This document shows, one piece after another, positions 17,517 through 27,998 of a stretch of DNA of 64,000 nucleotides. Source of the DNA: an uncultured candidate division Zixibacteria bacterium (GTDB lineage Bacteria; Zixibacteria; MSB-5A5; RBG-16-43-9); the NCBI GenBank assembly GCA_963713865.1, contig OY970208.1, forward strand, positions 512,001 through 576,000, written 5' to 3'. A program made the translations under genes and the position numbers. Under the pieces are notes generated by a model that had not been told where the DNA came from, did no database searches, and saw nothing but the letters and a program-made list of their open reading frames with translations. Positions within the stretch are counted from its first letter, which is position 1. The number at the start of each line of letters is the position of its first letter.

Positions 17517-18617
17517 TTACACATTAAACCTGAAAAAGATTAAGTCACCATCCTGAACCATATAATCCTTCCCTTCCAGCCTGACTAAACCTTTCTCCTT
17601 TGCCTGGTGTATCGACCCAGCCTCTATTAGTTTATCGTAATTTATCACCTCAGCTTTAATGAACCCTTTCTCCATATCAGTATGCACAGTTCCTGCTGCT
17701 TTTATTCCCCTGGTTCCATAAGGGATAGCCCAAGCTTTTACCTCATTCTGATTGGCAGTGAAAAAGGAGATAAGTCCTAAAAATTTATAAGATGAACTGA
17801 TCATCCTGTCCTTAGCTTGTTCTTTTAACCCTAACTCTTTCAAAAAAGAGGCACGGTCACCCTCCTCTAACTGGGAAAGCTCCATCTCTAATTTCCCACA
17901 GATGGCTGTGACCAGGGTATGTTTATATTTAATTGTTGAGGAAAAATCATTCTCCAGTCTCTCCTTCTCAGGAAGGTCTTCTTCACCTAGATTAAGGATT
18001 ATCAAAATCGGCTTAAGACTCAAAAAACAATAACCTCTCAATAATCTCATCTCCTCCGGTGCAAAATCCAAATCTCTCAAGGGAACACCCTTTTCCAGAC
18101 TCCCCTTGCATTTGATTAATAGATCATATTCTCTTTTCTCCTCCGGAGATTTGGTAGTATGATAACTTTTCTCTAACTTGCTCATCCTTTTTTCTATGGT
18201 CTCTAAATCAAGCAAAGCCAAGTCCAGATCGAAACTCTCCATATCCCTTATAGGATTTATGCTACCCAGGGGGTGGATTATGTTCTCGTCTCGGAAAAGT
18301 CTGTTTACGTAGGCTAAGGCATCCACTCCTCTTAAATGAAAGAAAAGCTCAGCTTCTTTTTCTTTTCCACCCTGGTCAGATTCCTTGGGTTTAATCATCC
18401 CGCCTACGTCGATATATTCTATTTCAGCCGGGGTTACCTTTTTTGGGTCGAACATCTCCGCTATCTTATAAACCCTCAGATCCGGAACCTTTACCACAGC
18501 TCGATTAGGCTCCTTTGAACCAGCAATAAACTCGCCAGTCTTTGCCTTAGCAGAAGTTAAGGCATTAAAAATGGTCGTCTTACCAACAAAGGGCAAGCCT
18601 ACGATACCTATATGCAT
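17517..18617 (-). CDS. ychF: Redox-regulated ATPase YchF
   Basis: GIVGLPFVGKTT, AAGTVHTDMEKGFIKAEV, EGKDYMVQDGD. Confidence 0.92.
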   Translation of the reverse strand: MHIGIVGLPFVGKTTIFNALTSAKAKTGEFIAGSKEPNRAVVKVPDLRVYKIAEMFDPKKVTPAEIEYIDVGGMIKPKESDQGGKEKEAELFFHLRGVDALAYVNRLFRDENIIHPLGSINPIRDMESFDLDLALLDLETIEKRMSKLEKSYHTTKSPEEKREYDLLIKCKGSLEKGVPLRDLDFAPEEMRLLRGYCFLSLKPILIILNLGEEDLPEKERLENDFSSTIKYKHTLVTAICGKLEMELSQLEEGDRASFLKELGLKEQAKDRMISSSYKFLGLISFFTANQNEVKAWAIPYGTRGIKAAGTVHTDMEKGFIKAEVINYDKLIEAGSIHQAKEKGLVRLEGKDYMVQDGDLIFFRFNV

Positions 18618-18618
18618 A

Positions 18619-19395
18619 TTAAATCTTTATCTCCGCTATACTTTTATAAATGAAATCAGGTCTATATTTTTTGCCCAAACTATTTAAGATCGACCGGTCA
18701 TATTTGCCAGAAAGGACAAAAGCTGTTTCTATTTTTGAGTTTTTGGCACCGACCAGGTCAGAAAGAGGGTCATCGCTGATAAAAAGACAATCCTGTGGTT
18801 TGCTTTTAAGCCTTTTTAAGATATTACGATAGAAATTCATACTCGGTTTACCCATAATATAGCCTTTCTTATCACAGGCATATTCCAAAGCTTTGACTAT
18901 ACTCCCCACCGAAGGTGAAATCTCACCCCTTGAATCCTTATAGACTTTGTTAGAGTGCAGGGCTACCAGAAGGGCATCATTTTCAAACAGGGCTCTGGCA
19001 GCAGTTTTAAGCTTCTGAAAATTTAGCTCTTCATCTAATCCTACAATCACCGCCTGAACCAGACTATCCTCTCTTAGTTCTATCCCCCTTTCTTTAATAT
19101 ATCCTTTTAAAACCTCATTCCCTATCACATAACAGGATTCGATATTTTTCTTTATTAGCCAGAATACTGTTACCATCATACAGGTATCTAAATTTTCCTC
19201 TTTTAATTCAAAACCTTTGCTATTCAGCAAATCTAAAAGCTCTTCTGGAGAATGGGTAGTGTTATTACTGACTAAACTGAACTTCTTCCTTGAGGATTTC
19301 ACCTTTTTCAGCCATTCAATTGCCCCTTCTGTCGGAGCATAGGATTTATCCTTAACAATCGTCCCCTCGATATCGATTAGGAAACAGTTGATCAT
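18619..19395 (-). CDS. HAD-superfamily IIA hydrolase (NagD-like)
   Basis: FLIDIEGT, SNNTT, GKPS, SDD..SDLVGA, VLSGKY; probable start is ATG 19395. Confidence 0.85.
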   Translation of the reverse strand: MINCFLIDIEGTIVKDKSYAPTEGAIEWLKKVKSSRKKFSLVSNNTTHSPEELLDLLNSKGFELKEENLDTCMMVTVFWLIKKNIESCYVIGNEVLKGYIKERGIELREDSLVQAVIVGLDEELNFQKLKTAARALFENDALLVALHSNKVYKDSRGEISPSVGSIVKALEYACDKKGYIMGKPSMNFYRNILKRLKSKPQDCLFISDDPLSDLVGAKNSKIETAFVLSGKYDRSILNSLGKKYRPDFIYKSIAEIKI

Positions 19396-19504
19396 AGTAA
19401 CTGGTGGAACAGGTATCTTGCCTGTTCGTAGTGCGACCCTTTTCCTCATAACGGAAACTATACCTGACGTAGCCACCGCAGGACAGGGTCGTTTTTTTAC
19501 TTTT

Positions 19505-19609
19505 GTCATTCTGAAGGAGTTCCTCATTTTGGGGAACGACTGAAGAATCTACCTCGTGTTAGAACTCAAGAGATTCTTCGTCCCGCATACTGCGGGACTC
19601 AGAATGACA
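19505..19609. repeat. GTCATTCTGA...TCAGAATGAC REP-like element
   Basis: Terminal inverted repeats and inner GAAGAATCT/AGATTCTTC; relatives at 11158 and 27887. Confidence 0.75.
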
Positions 19610-19718
19610 GCTATATGTATAGCATAATCAATTTAACACCTTCCAAAATCCTTTGTCAACAACAATTATGGAGTGTCCCGCCTTTGGCAGGATCAATGCT
19701 CATTCCTCTCCATTGAAG

Positions 19719-19761
19719 GTCGATAAAAGCTTTACGGTGGCTACGCCCTTCGCTCCTCGTA
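19719..19761 (+). repeat. Intergenic copy of the GTCGATAAAAGC repeat
   Basis: GTCGATAAAAGCTTTACGGTGGCTACGCCCTTCGCTCCTCGTA. Confidence 0.7.
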
Positions 19762-19817
19762 GAGGAGGGATAAAGGGAGGGTGTAGTATCGTCACGGAAA
19801 ATGTACTCCATATCAAA

Positions 19818-19850
19818 TAAAAAGGGAGGTCTTTTGACCTCCCTTAAAAA
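19818..19850 (-). terminator. Intrinsic terminator
   Basis: AAGGGAGGTC-loop-GACCTCCCTT with flanking A/T tracts. Confidence 0.7.
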
Positions 19851-19866
19851 AACTGCAGGGATATAA

Positions 19867-21039
19867 CTATTTTGCCTCTTCAGCTAAAGGTGGAATTTCA
19901 GGCTTAGGCTCCTCTTTTTTCTTTTCCTCCTCCAACCTGGCTTTTTCCTCCTCTTCTTCTTCGGTCTTTTTCTCCAGGAGGTTCTCATCATCTTTTTTCT
20001 TACGGAGGATGATATAGGTCAAAGTCTGTCCTACAGAAAGGGTGGCTAAAGCATAAGAGATGACCACGAAGACGATCAGGATAAAACTAATTCCAATCAG
20101 AAAAGCCGCTATCCCTTTTGACCAGTTCAACCCCATCCCCCAGACTGGCTCTGGCACAAGATAGGCAAAAGAAATTCCCGGGAAAATATTGGAGAAGAAA
20201 TAGAGTATCGACGGAGGCACAGTCAAATATCCTAAAGCTCCTTCGATTATCTCTGAGAGCTTATCTTTCATTAAAATCCCGATTGACCAGTTGACAAACT
20301 GCACGCCCCTGTAGCAAAAGTAGCCAAACACAAAGGCGCCCAATTTTGCCAGAATCCCTGAAAGCCCGGTATAGATAAAATATCTCCAGGGTTGACTCCA
20401 GATAGAGGAAAAAAGCTGAACGATTGTTTCAAAGACATCCTCTTTAGTTGTGGCTGCAATAGCCGGGGTCAGAAGCAAAGAGATAACGAAGATGAAAAGA
20501 GTATAAACGGTGAAGAGTGCCACAATGAAGATCGGAACCGCATAGAAAAGCCCTAAACCTAACTCTCCTACATAGGGTATCTTTCCCAAAAGCCCGATTA
20601 TAATTCCACAGATCAATAAGAATATAACCAGGATTAATATAGAAACCGGTGAGGCAAGAATAGTTTTCCAGTTCTTCTTCAGAAATTTGCAGGAATCCTT
20701 GCTGGAATAAAACTCATCCCCTTTAAGCTGTTCATAAGTAACCTTCCCCACTGCTGCATTGGATAGAAGGAAGCTGGAGATGAAGAAAAGACAACCGATT
20801 ATAAAGATTAGCCAGGGGATAAATCCTGTAAAGGAAAAATCATATAACGGGAAAAGACCGTAACTCCCCCAGACCTCAGAAAAACTCCTCCCGCTTAAAA
20901 GATGGGAGATGTAAGTCAGGATCAAATAGCCCAGATACCCGATCAAAAGCCCTGAGGTCTGCAAAATAAGTTTCTTTCCGGAAAGAGCTAACCGCGGTGC
21001 CCGAAAGATATCCCGGATATCAAAATAGAACTTCTGCAC
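19867..21039 (-). CDS. Polytopic membrane protein of unknown function
   Basis: Multiple TM helices, acidic C-tail, AGGAGGT RBS with GTG start. Confidence 0.75.
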   Translation of the reverse strand: MQKFYFDIRDIFRAPRLALSGKKLILQTSGLLIGYLGYLILTYISHLLSGRSFSEVWGSYGLFPLYDFSFTGFIPWLIFIIGCLFFISSFLLSNAAVGKVTYEQLKGDEFYSSKDSCKFLKKNWKTILASPVSILILVIFLLICGIIIGLLGKIPYVGELGLGLFYAVPIFIVALFTVYTLFIFVISLLLTPAIAATTKEDVFETIVQLFSSIWSQPWRYFIYTGLSGILAKLGAFVFGYFCYRGVQFVNWSIGILMKDKLSEIIEGALGYLTVPPSILYFFSNIFPGISFAYLVPEPVWGMGLNWSKGIAAFLIGISFILIVFVVISYALATLSVGQTLTYIILRKKKDDENLLEKKTEEEEEEKARLEEEKKKEEPKPEIPPLAEEAK

Positions 21040-21164
21040 CTTACCTCCTTTTTAAAAGTTAATTAACTAATCTTTCTTTCCATCCAAGATGAAACCTGTT
21101 AAAATATTAAATCATTAATAATTTTTCAGTTTGGATTTGTCAAGAGAAAAAGATAAAAGTTCAA

Positions 21165-21192
21165 TTGACATTAGTAAAATTTAACGTATATT
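21165..21192 (+). promoter_or_regulatory. sigma70 promoter
   Basis: TTGACA-N16-TATATT upstream of the nucleotide-sugar dehydrogenase. Confidence 0.65.
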
Positions 21193-21239
21193 ATTTAACC
21201 ATTAAAAGCTTAGTCTATCATAAATTTAAGGAGGTTAAA

Positions 21240-22547
21240 TTGTTCGAGAAGTTGAAAGAAAAAATAGAAAAGAAAAAAGCAGTTGTAGGTGTTATCGGCT
21301 TGGGTTATGTGGGATTGCCCTTAGCGGTGGAGTTTGGAGACCAGGGTTTTATGGTTTTAGGATTTGATATAAATAAAAAGAAAGTTGACTTGATAAACTC
21401 TGGCAGATCAGACATAGATGATATTAAAGATGTGCAGGTAAAAAAGCTGGTCCAAAAAGGGCTTCTCAAAGCCACAATTAATTTTGCTCTTTTGAGAAAA
21501 GCTGACTGTATTTCCATCTGCGTCCCTACCCCTTTAAGTAAAACCAAAGACCCGGATGTCTCCTACATCCTTTCTGCGGTCAATCAGGTGAGAAAATATC
21601 TCCATCCCGGACAATTAGTGGTTTTGGAAAGTACCACTTATCCTGGCACAACTGAAGAGCTTATTCTACCAATTTTAGAGGAAACTGGCTTGAAAGTGGG
21701 CAAGGATTTCTTCTTATCCTTCTCACCAGAAAGGGTTGATCCAGCCAACAAGAACTTCACAGTTAAAAACACACCCAGAGTGGTTGGAGGGATCACTCCT
21801 TTATGCACCCGGATCAGCAAGCTTTTCTATGAACAGATCATAAGTAAAGTCGTTCCGGTCTCGTCCACTCAAAGCGCAGAGATGGTTAAGCTTTTGGAGA
21901 ACACTTTCAGAAGTGTGAATATCGGGCTGGTGAATGAAGTGGCCCTGATGTGCGACCGGCTGAAAATCGATACCTGGGAGATAATCCATGCTGCTGATAC
22001 CAAGCCTTTCGGTTTTATGCCTTTTTATCCGGGACCGGGCTTGGGTGGTCATTGTATACCCATTGACCCTCATTACCTTTCTTGGAAACTGAAATCTCTG
22101 AATTACTATGCCCGTTTCATCGAATTAGCCGGGGAAATTAATTCCCATATGCCGGAATATGTGGTGGAAAGGGTAACCCGGATATTAAATCAGGTCAAGA
22201 AAACCCTTAAGGATTCGAATATCTTAGTCTTAGGAGTGGCTTATAAAAAGAATATAAGGGATGTTCGGGAATCACCAGCCTTAGATGTAATCAAACTTTT
22301 ACAAAATGCCGGGGCTAAGGTTAAATATAATGACCCTCATGTCCCATCTATTCTGATGGATTCTTATGTTATGAAATCAACTAAGCTGACTTCAGCTCTT
22401 CTGAAAAAAACAGATTGTGTGGTTATCGTTACGGATCATTCTGCTTATGATTATGACTGGATAGTGAGAAATTCCAAATTAATCTTCGATACCCGCAATG
22501 CTACTAAGCTGGTAAAGGATAACCGGGTGAGGATTATAAAATTATAA
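21240..22547 (+). CDS. UDP-N-acetyl-hexosamine 6-dehydrogenase (WbpA/WecC family)
   Basis: GLGYVGLP, ICVPTP, LESTTYPGTT, FSPERVDP, KLLEN, GGHCIPIDP; TTG start after AGGAGG. Confidence 0.9.
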   Translation: MFEKLKEKIEKKKAVVGVIGLGYVGLPLAVEFGDQGFMVLGFDINKKKVDLINSGRSDIDDIKDVQVKKLVQKGLLKATINFALLRKADCISICVPTPLSKTKDPDVSYILSAVNQVRKYLHPGQLVVLESTTYPGTTEELILPILEETGLKVGKDFFLSFSPERVDPANKNFTVKNTPRVVGGITPLCTRISKLFYEQIISKVVPVSSTQSAEMVKLLENTFRSVNIGLVNEVALMCDRLKIDTWEIIHAADTKPFGFMPFYPGPGLGGHCIPIDPHYLSWKLKSLNYYARFIELAGEINSHMPEYVVERVTRILNQVKKTLKDSNILVLGVAYKKNIRDVRESPALDVIKLLQNAGAKVKYNDPHVPSILMDSYVMKSTKLTSALLKKTDCVVIVTDHSAYDYDWIVRNSKLIFDTRNATKLVKDNRVRIIKL

Positions 22548-22563
22548 GTTTTCCAATCCTTTT

Positions 22564-24177
22564 TTGACCTTCTTTACTTTCTGTCGGATTAGGAATATCT
22601 TAAATTCAGTTGTAGGAGGAGATCTGAAGGTTATTAAAATTTTAATACTTTTTGTATTTTTTATGAAGCTTTTCTGTGAATCGAGTTTCCCAACCACTTT
22701 AGAGAATATTCCATTAGATAGCTGGGTCTATTCGAGTATAGAAGAGTTATATACCCAGGGATTTTTCCCTGAACTACATAGAAATGTAAAACCTTACACC
22801 CGTGGAAATATCGCTTCATACTTAAAAGAAATAAACTCCAGGAAGAAAAAAGGTGATTTAAATTTAACTCAGACACAATCCTGGATTATAGAAAAGCTTA
22901 ATCAGGAGTTTGAATTCGAACTAAGAAGCCTGTCCGTAAATGAAAAAGAGGAACCTAAAAAACTTAAAGCTCTTTTGAATCCTATTTTATATCTGGTCAA
23001 TAATGAGTTCAAGTCTGAATCAAGTGGAGATGACTCCTCTTACATCCGTGGGAAGTTGATTATGGAAGGTGCTTTTCAGTGGAAAAATTTCTTATTCAAA
23101 GATCGGGTTATAATCGACACTAAGGCCGAAAAGGAGAAAAACCTGTTTGGTCAGAGATGGAAAGGCGATTTAACCGGGATCTTCGACCAGGGATACCTAA
23201 AGGGAAATTTCAAATATTTTGAATTCCAATGGGGAAGAGATTATCTCCGCTGGGGACCAGGTTCAAAAGATTTCCTCTTGCTTTCAGGCTTCTCACCCCC
23301 TTTTGACATGTTAAAGCTTTCAAGCGAGATCGGGATTTTCAGATTCGATTTCTTCGCTACCGCCTTAGATGAGCTTTCTTTACCTGATTCCAATCATTCT
23401 TACAAAAGGTATCTTTCCGGGCACAGGATAAATCTGAAGCTAAAATCCGGAGTAGAATTAGGCCTTTCTGAAGTGGTAGTCTATGGTGGAGAGAAAAGAA
23501 AACTGGAGCCATATTATCTTAATCCCCTTTTCATCTTCTATGCTGAACAGTTTAACCATAATATAGACGACAACCTCCTCTGGAGCCTTGATTTTTCCTT
23601 AACCCGCTTTAAAAACAAAGAATTTTACGCTGAGCTTTTGATTGATGATTTCCAGTACGATTTCAAATCTGAACCTCAGCAGATAGGATTCCTTTTAGGT
23701 GCAAAAACATCAGACCTTTTTGGTTTCTCTAAAAGTTACCTGACTTTAGAATATGCCAGGGTTAATACCTGGGTCTATGGACAGAATAAGCCCTGGAATA
23801 TCTATACCTACCGGGAGGTAGGGATAGGGAGCTCTTCAGGTCCGGATGCAGACTATATCTATGCAAATCTGCTTTACCATTTTAACAAAAACTTACAGTT
23901 CTCTTTTTCATTCAAATCTAAAAGAAAAGGAGAAGGGAAAATCGGGGTTCAGCCCTCCCCCGTTCCAAAAAATGTGAAGTTTCCTTCGGGAACAGTTGAA
24001 AGTACCAAGGATTTTATTCTTGAAGGAGTATTCCAGCCGGATCCTCATCTTTTTCTGGAAGGGATAATCGGATATACCCATATAAAAAACTACCTGAATA
24101 TTTCTGAAGAAAAAGAAAATAACCTTTACTTTAAACTAAATTTCAATTATAATCTATGGAAGGAGCTCTGGTTCTAA
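22564..24177 (+). CDS. Capsule assembly Wzi-family outer membrane protein
   Basis: PYTRG, GRDYLRWGPG, YLSGHR, LSEVVVYGG, YYLNP, ELLIDD; the true start may be CTG 22624 (after AGGAGG) or ATG 22663. Confidence 0.75.
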   Translation: MTFFTFCRIRNILNSVVGGDLKVIKILILFVFFMKLFCESSFPTTLENIPLDSWVYSSIEELYTQGFFPELHRNVKPYTRGNIASYLKEINSRKKKGDLNLTQTQSWIIEKLNQEFEFELRSLSVNEKEEPKKLKALLNPILYLVNNEFKSESSGDDSSYIRGKLIMEGAFQWKNFLFKDRVIIDTKAEKEKNLFGQRWKGDLTGIFDQGYLKGNFKYFEFQWGRDYLRWGPGSKDFLLLSGFSPPFDMLKLSSEIGIFRFDFFATALDELSLPDSNHSYKRYLSGHRINLKLKSGVELGLSEVVVYGGEKRKLEPYYLNPLFIFYAEQFNHNIDDNLLWSLDFSLTRFKNKEFYAELLIDDFQYDFKSEPQQIGFLLGAKTSDLFGFSKSYLTLEYARVNTWVYGQNKPWNIYTYREVGIGSSSGPDADYIYANLLYHFNKNLQFSFSFKSKRKGEGKIGVQPSPVPKNVKFPSGTVESTKDFILEGVFQPDPHLFLEGIIGYTHIKNYLNISEEKENNLYFKLNFNYNLWKELWF

Positions 24178-24178
24178 A

Positions 24179-25030
24179 TTGTCAAGTCTTACCCTTAAAG
24201 CCCCGGCTAAGATAAATCTTTTCCTTAATATATTGAAGAAAAGAGAGGATGGTTATCATGACATCTTTACCTTAATGCAGAAGGTTGCTTTATACGACAC
24301 TCTCACTTTTTTCAAAATAAATGAGGGGATAATATTAAAAACTTATAATACCAGACTCCCCTTAGATCGAAGAAATTTAGCCTATCAAGCAGCTGAGCTG
24401 ATTTTAAAAGAGGGAAAAGTTGCCCAGGGGGTAAAGATAATCCTCAAAAAAAAGATCCCCATCTCCTCCGGTTTAGGAGGTGGCAGTTCAGATTCAGCCA
24501 CCACCCTCCTGGGCTTAAATCGATTACATAATCTGAATTACTCACTTAAGAGACTTCATCCCCTGGCAGAAAAGTTAGGCTCAGACGTCCCCTTCTTTTT
24601 ATATGATCAAACTGCTATAGCTGAAGGAAGAGGAGAGAGAATTACGCCGGTTAAAATCTTCACGGATTACTGGATAGTCTTAGTAACTTTCCCTTTTCAG
24701 GTCTTAACTTCCTGGGCATATCAGGATATTAGATTGAGCTTGACAACTAAAAAAGATTTTATTAATATGAAAAATCTTCAGAAAAAGGAAGATTTTTTGG
24801 AGGCTTTGAATTTTTGGAGAAATGATTTTGAGGGAAAGATCGTTGAAAGATACCCTCAGGTTAGATATGCCCTTAAGCTTTTATCAAAACTTGGAGCAAA
24901 AAAATCCTCCATGACGGGAAGCGGACCCACCGTCTATGGAATCTTTGAGCAAGAACCAGACAAAGAGGAGGTGAACAGGCTCTTCAAAAGTGGAGATTGG
25001 CAGGTTTTTGTAACCCGGCCAATTCCTTAG
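24179..25030 (+). CDS. ispE: 4-diphosphocytidyl-2-C-methyl-D-erythritol kinase
   Basis: APAKINLFL, KKIPISSGLGGGSSD, LGSDVPFF, MTGSGPTVYG. Confidence 0.95.
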   Translation: MSSLTLKAPAKINLFLNILKKREDGYHDIFTLMQKVALYDTLTFFKINEGIILKTYNTRLPLDRRNLAYQAAELILKEGKVAQGVKIILKKKIPISSGLGGGSSDSATTLLGLNRLHNLNYSLKRLHPLAEKLGSDVPFFLYDQTAIAEGRGERITPVKIFTDYWIVLVTFPFQVLTSWAYQDIRLSLTTKKDFINMKNLQKKEDFLEALNFWRNDFEGKIVERYPQVRYALKLLSKLGAKKSSMTGSGPTVYGIFEQEPDKEEVNRLFKSGDWQVFVTRPIP

Positions 25031-25112
25031 CACCAAAGGTCCGAGAGGATCAACCAATTTTCCGGGGCTGGTATCCGCCTTAGGAGGATACAGCTCGTAG
25101 AGAGGTGAAAAG

Positions 25113-25379
25113 GTGGAAATCACAGAGGTAAGGATTACCTTAAGAGATGAGGAAAAACTTAAAGCGTTTGCCAATATCACCTTTGATAACTCCTTTGTGA
25201 TCAGAGGTTTGAAAGTTATCAATGGCAACCAGGGCTACTTTGTCTCCATGCCCAGCCGGAAAAGGTCAGACGGTACTCATCAGGATATCGCTCATCCGGT
25301 AAACAATGAGATGAGGAGATTAATCGAAGAAAAAGTGTTACAGGCTTATGAAAGTGAATTGAAGACCCAAGGAGTTTGA
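25113..25379 (+). CDS. spoVG: SpoVG family nucleic-acid-binding protein
   Basis: MEITEVRI..KLKAFANITFD..FVSMPSRK..DIAHP. Confidence 0.95.
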   Translation: MEITEVRITLRDEEKLKAFANITFDNSFVIRGLKVINGNQGYFVSMPSRKRSDGTHQDIAHPVNNEMRRLIEEKVLQAYESELKTQGV

Positions 25380-25414
25380 TTTTTCAGTCCTGTCTTGTAG
25401 ATTGTTTTAGGCAT

Positions 25415-25486
25415 TGGGGCGTAGTCAAGTGGAAAGACACGAGACTTTGGATCTCGCATTCCCAGGTTCGAATCCTGGCGCCCCAG
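25415..25486 (+). tRNA. tRNA-Gln(UUG), CCA not encoded
   Basis: TGGGGCG/CGCCCCA acceptor stem, CGAGA-CTTTGGA-TCTCG anticodon arm, GGTTCGAATCC T-loop. Confidence 0.95.
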
Positions 25487-25567
25487 CAGGGTTAGTGATT
25501 AGTGAAAAGTGATTGGTGATTATGTAGTTCCGTCAGGAATTGCTCCTGTCGGAGGTAAATTTTTAAA

Positions 25568-26071
25568 ATGAAAAAAAGAACCTTATTTTTTATTCTACTC
25601 TCTTTATCTTTCATTTTCTTCTCCTGTATTAAGAAAAGAGAGATAAAAGTAGAGTCTGACAAGAATATTGTAGATAAAATAATCCGTGAATATGTCTCAA
25701 CTTTAGACTTGGCTGATACGGACAGACTCCTGAGCTTATACGCCAAGAGCCCGGATATAGTCGTTATTGGAACCGGGGAGGAATTTTATACTGGCTATGA
25801 CCAGGTCGAAAAATTTTACAAGGAATTCAAGCTGACCCTTTCTAAATGGGAAAAAAGAAGTTTCAAACTGGCTGGGTTGGAGACAAAGCTCGTAGATGGG
25901 ATAGGCTGGTTTTCCTCCAGACTGGACTTGAGTTTTGAACAGAAAGTAAAAGTAAGAGAGAGAACCAGAGTAAAACTAATAGAAAAAAATATTCGTTTCA
26001 CCGGAGTTTTAATCAAAGAAGAGGGGAACTGGAAATTAGTCCAGACCCATATGTCCCTTCCCTCACTTTAA
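25568..26071 (+). CDS. SnoaL/NTF2-like lipoprotein
   Basis: Lipobox-like FFSC; IRFTGVL..EEGNWKLVQTHMS. Confidence 0.75.
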   Translation: MKKRTLFFILLSLSFIFFSCIKKREIKVESDKNIVDKIIREYVSTLDLADTDRLLSLYAKSPDIVVIGTGEEFYTGYDQVEKFYKEFKLTLSKWEKRSFKLAGLETKLVDGIGWFSSRLDLSFEQKVKVRERTRVKLIEKNIRFTGVLIKEEGNWKLVQTHMSLPSL

Positions 26072-26086
26072 ACCACATAAAATCTT

Positions 26087-27022
26087 ATGCCAACCGATCT
26101 AAAATTAATCACTGGTAACTCTAATCGACCCTTAGCTGAGAAAATCAGCCAGTTCTTAGGTGTACCTTTGTCCCAGGCTGAAGTGGCAAGATTCTCAGAT
26201 GGAGAGATAAGGGTAAAGATAAATGAAAATGTCAGAGGTGCAGACCTTTTCATCATTCAATCCACAGGGGCTCCAGCCGAAAACCTTTTAGAGCTTTTAG
26301 TCCTTTTAGATGCAGCCAGGAGAGCTTCAGCCAAAAGGATAACCGCAGTTCTGCCTTATTTTGGATATGCCCGGCAGGATCGAAAAGATCAGCCCAGAGT
26401 TCCCATCACTGCTAAGTTAGTGGCTAATTTGATTGCTGAAGCTGGAGCTAATCGGGTCTTGACGATGGACCTGCATGCCGCCCAGATCCAGGGATTTTTC
26501 GATATCCCCACAGATCACCTTTTCTCCAATCCGGTTTTCTACGATTATGTTATTAAATTAAATCTTTCTGATCTGGTGGTGATCTCTGATCTCGGTAGCA
26601 TCAAAATGGTTCGTAATTTCGCCAAGAAATTGGGTTGTCCTATGGCGGTGATGGATAAAAGAAGACCTGCCCCTAATCAGGCTGAAGTCTTAAATATCAT
26701 CGGAGAGGTTAAAGATAAGAATGTTATCATCCGGGATGACATAATCGATACCGCAGGCACTTTAGTTGAATTCGCTTATGCCCTGGAGAGAAACGGTGCC
26801 AAAGATATTTACGCCTGCTGCACCCATGCGGTTTTATCTGGACAGGCTTTAGATAAGATAGAAAAGTCTCCCATAAAAAAATTAGCGATCTCCGATACTA
26901 TCTGCCAGAATAAAAGAAATTTCACCAATAAGATCGAGGTGCTCTCCGTAGCAGAGCTATTTGGTGAGGCGGTAATCCGAACTGATAAAGAGGAATCAAT
27001 AAGTTCACTATTTGAATATTAA
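26087..27022 (+). CDS. prs: Ribose-phosphate pyrophosphokinase
   Basis: FSDGEI, PYFGYARQDRK, DLHAAQIQGFF, DDIIDTAGT. Confidence 0.95.
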   Translation: MPTDLKLITGNSNRPLAEKISQFLGVPLSQAEVARFSDGEIRVKINENVRGADLFIIQSTGAPAENLLELLVLLDAARRASAKRITAVLPYFGYARQDRKDQPRVPITAKLVANLIAEAGANRVLTMDLHAAQIQGFFDIPTDHLFSNPVFYDYVIKLNLSDLVVISDLGSIKMVRNFAKKLGCPMAVMDKRRPAPNQAEVLNIIGEVKDKNVIIRDDIIDTAGTLVEFAYALERNGAKDIYACCTHAVLSGQALDKIEKSPIKKLAISDTICQNKRNFTNKIEVLSVAELFGEAVIRTDKEESISSLFEY

Positions 27023-27063
27023 CTGATTTTATGAACGAGAGTATGTGAAAGGAGTAAAAAAAG

Positions 27064-27849
27064 ATGAAGGAGATTTTGCTTGAGGCCGAGAGAAGGGGTA
27101 AAACTGGTAAGGAGATTGCTAAAAAGTTACGAAAAGAAGGGTTGATCCCGGCAGTGCTCTATGGACCAGGAGACGAGCCTACCCCCTTGCAAGTTGAATC
27201 CAAATCGTTAGTTTCAATCCTGCGAACAGGTAAGGGTGAAAATGTCATAATCACCCTGAAAATCGATGGTGATAAAAACGTAACAAAAAAGGTCCTAATC
27301 CGGGAGATCCAGCACGACCCTCTATTAGGAAATATTTTACACGTTGATTTTCAACATATACTTCTGACCAAGAAAATTACAGTTAAAATCCCGGTTCACC
27401 TGGTGGGAATACCTATAGGAGTACAGACAGATGGGGGAATATTACAGCATGTTTTAAGAGAGCTGGAGATCGAATGTCTGCCTTCAGATATACCGGAGAA
27501 AGTGGAGTTAGATGTTACCGCTCTCAAAATAGGCGATTCCATCCATGTGAAGGATGTAAAGTTAGAGAAGGTTGAGATATTATCTGATCCTGAAGGCTCT
27601 ATTATAACTGTGGTGCCACCCACCGTCTTCAAGGAAGAGGTAGTTCCTGCAGCTGAAGAGGTCAAAGAGCCTGAGGTTATAACTGAAAAGAAGGCTGAGG
27701 AAGGTGAAGAGGAGAAAACAGAAGAGGGCAAGGAAACCAAGGCTAAAGAAGCTGTAAAACCTGGTAAAGAGGCAAAAGCTGAGAAGTCCGAACACGGAGC
27801 CAAGGGAAAAGAAGAGAAAAAGGAAGAAAAAAAGAAGGGGGAGAAATAA
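27064..27849 (+). CDS. rplY: 50S ribosomal protein L25/Ctc
   Basis: LRKEGLIPAVLYG, ILHVDF, GGILQ; long charged tail. Confidence 0.95.
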   Translation: MKEILLEAERRGKTGKEIAKKLRKEGLIPAVLYGPGDEPTPLQVESKSLVSILRTGKGENVIITLKIDGDKNVTKKVLIREIQHDPLLGNILHVDFQHILLTKKITVKIPVHLVGIPIGVQTDGGILQHVLRELEIECLPSDIPEKVELDVTALKIGDSIHVKDVKLEKVEILSDPEGSIITVVPPTVFKEEVVPAAEEVKEPEVITEKKAEEGEEEKTEEGKETKAKEAVKPGKEAKAEKSEHGAKGKEEKKEEKKKGEK

Positions 27850-27886
27850 AGAAGACAGCTTAGTTATTGAGTATAAATTGGTTTCT

Positions 27887-27978
27887 TGTCATTCTGAGGG
27901 AGTCCCCTACGGGGGCGACCGAATTCGCCTCAGATGGATGTCTATTCTTCCCCTGCCAAAGGCGGGGTCAGAATGACA
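27887..27978. repeat. TGTCATTCTGA...TCAGAATGACA REP-like element
   Basis: Terminal inverted repeat; sits at the left edge of the glycan region. Confidence 0.7.
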
Positions 27979-27998
27979 GAGGAGATTAAGGAGCATGA

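Noticed and set aside
19396-19527. N-terminal extension of the HAD protein in the ORF track
   Set aside because: It derives from repeat DNA; the HAD motif I starts right after ATG 19395
25415-26071. Island integrated at tRNA-Gln
   Set aside because: No integrase and no duplicated tRNA 3' end seen downstream
27640-27849. Low-complexity Glu/Lys tract as a repeat element
   Set aside because: Ordinary charged C-terminal tail of L25/Ctc
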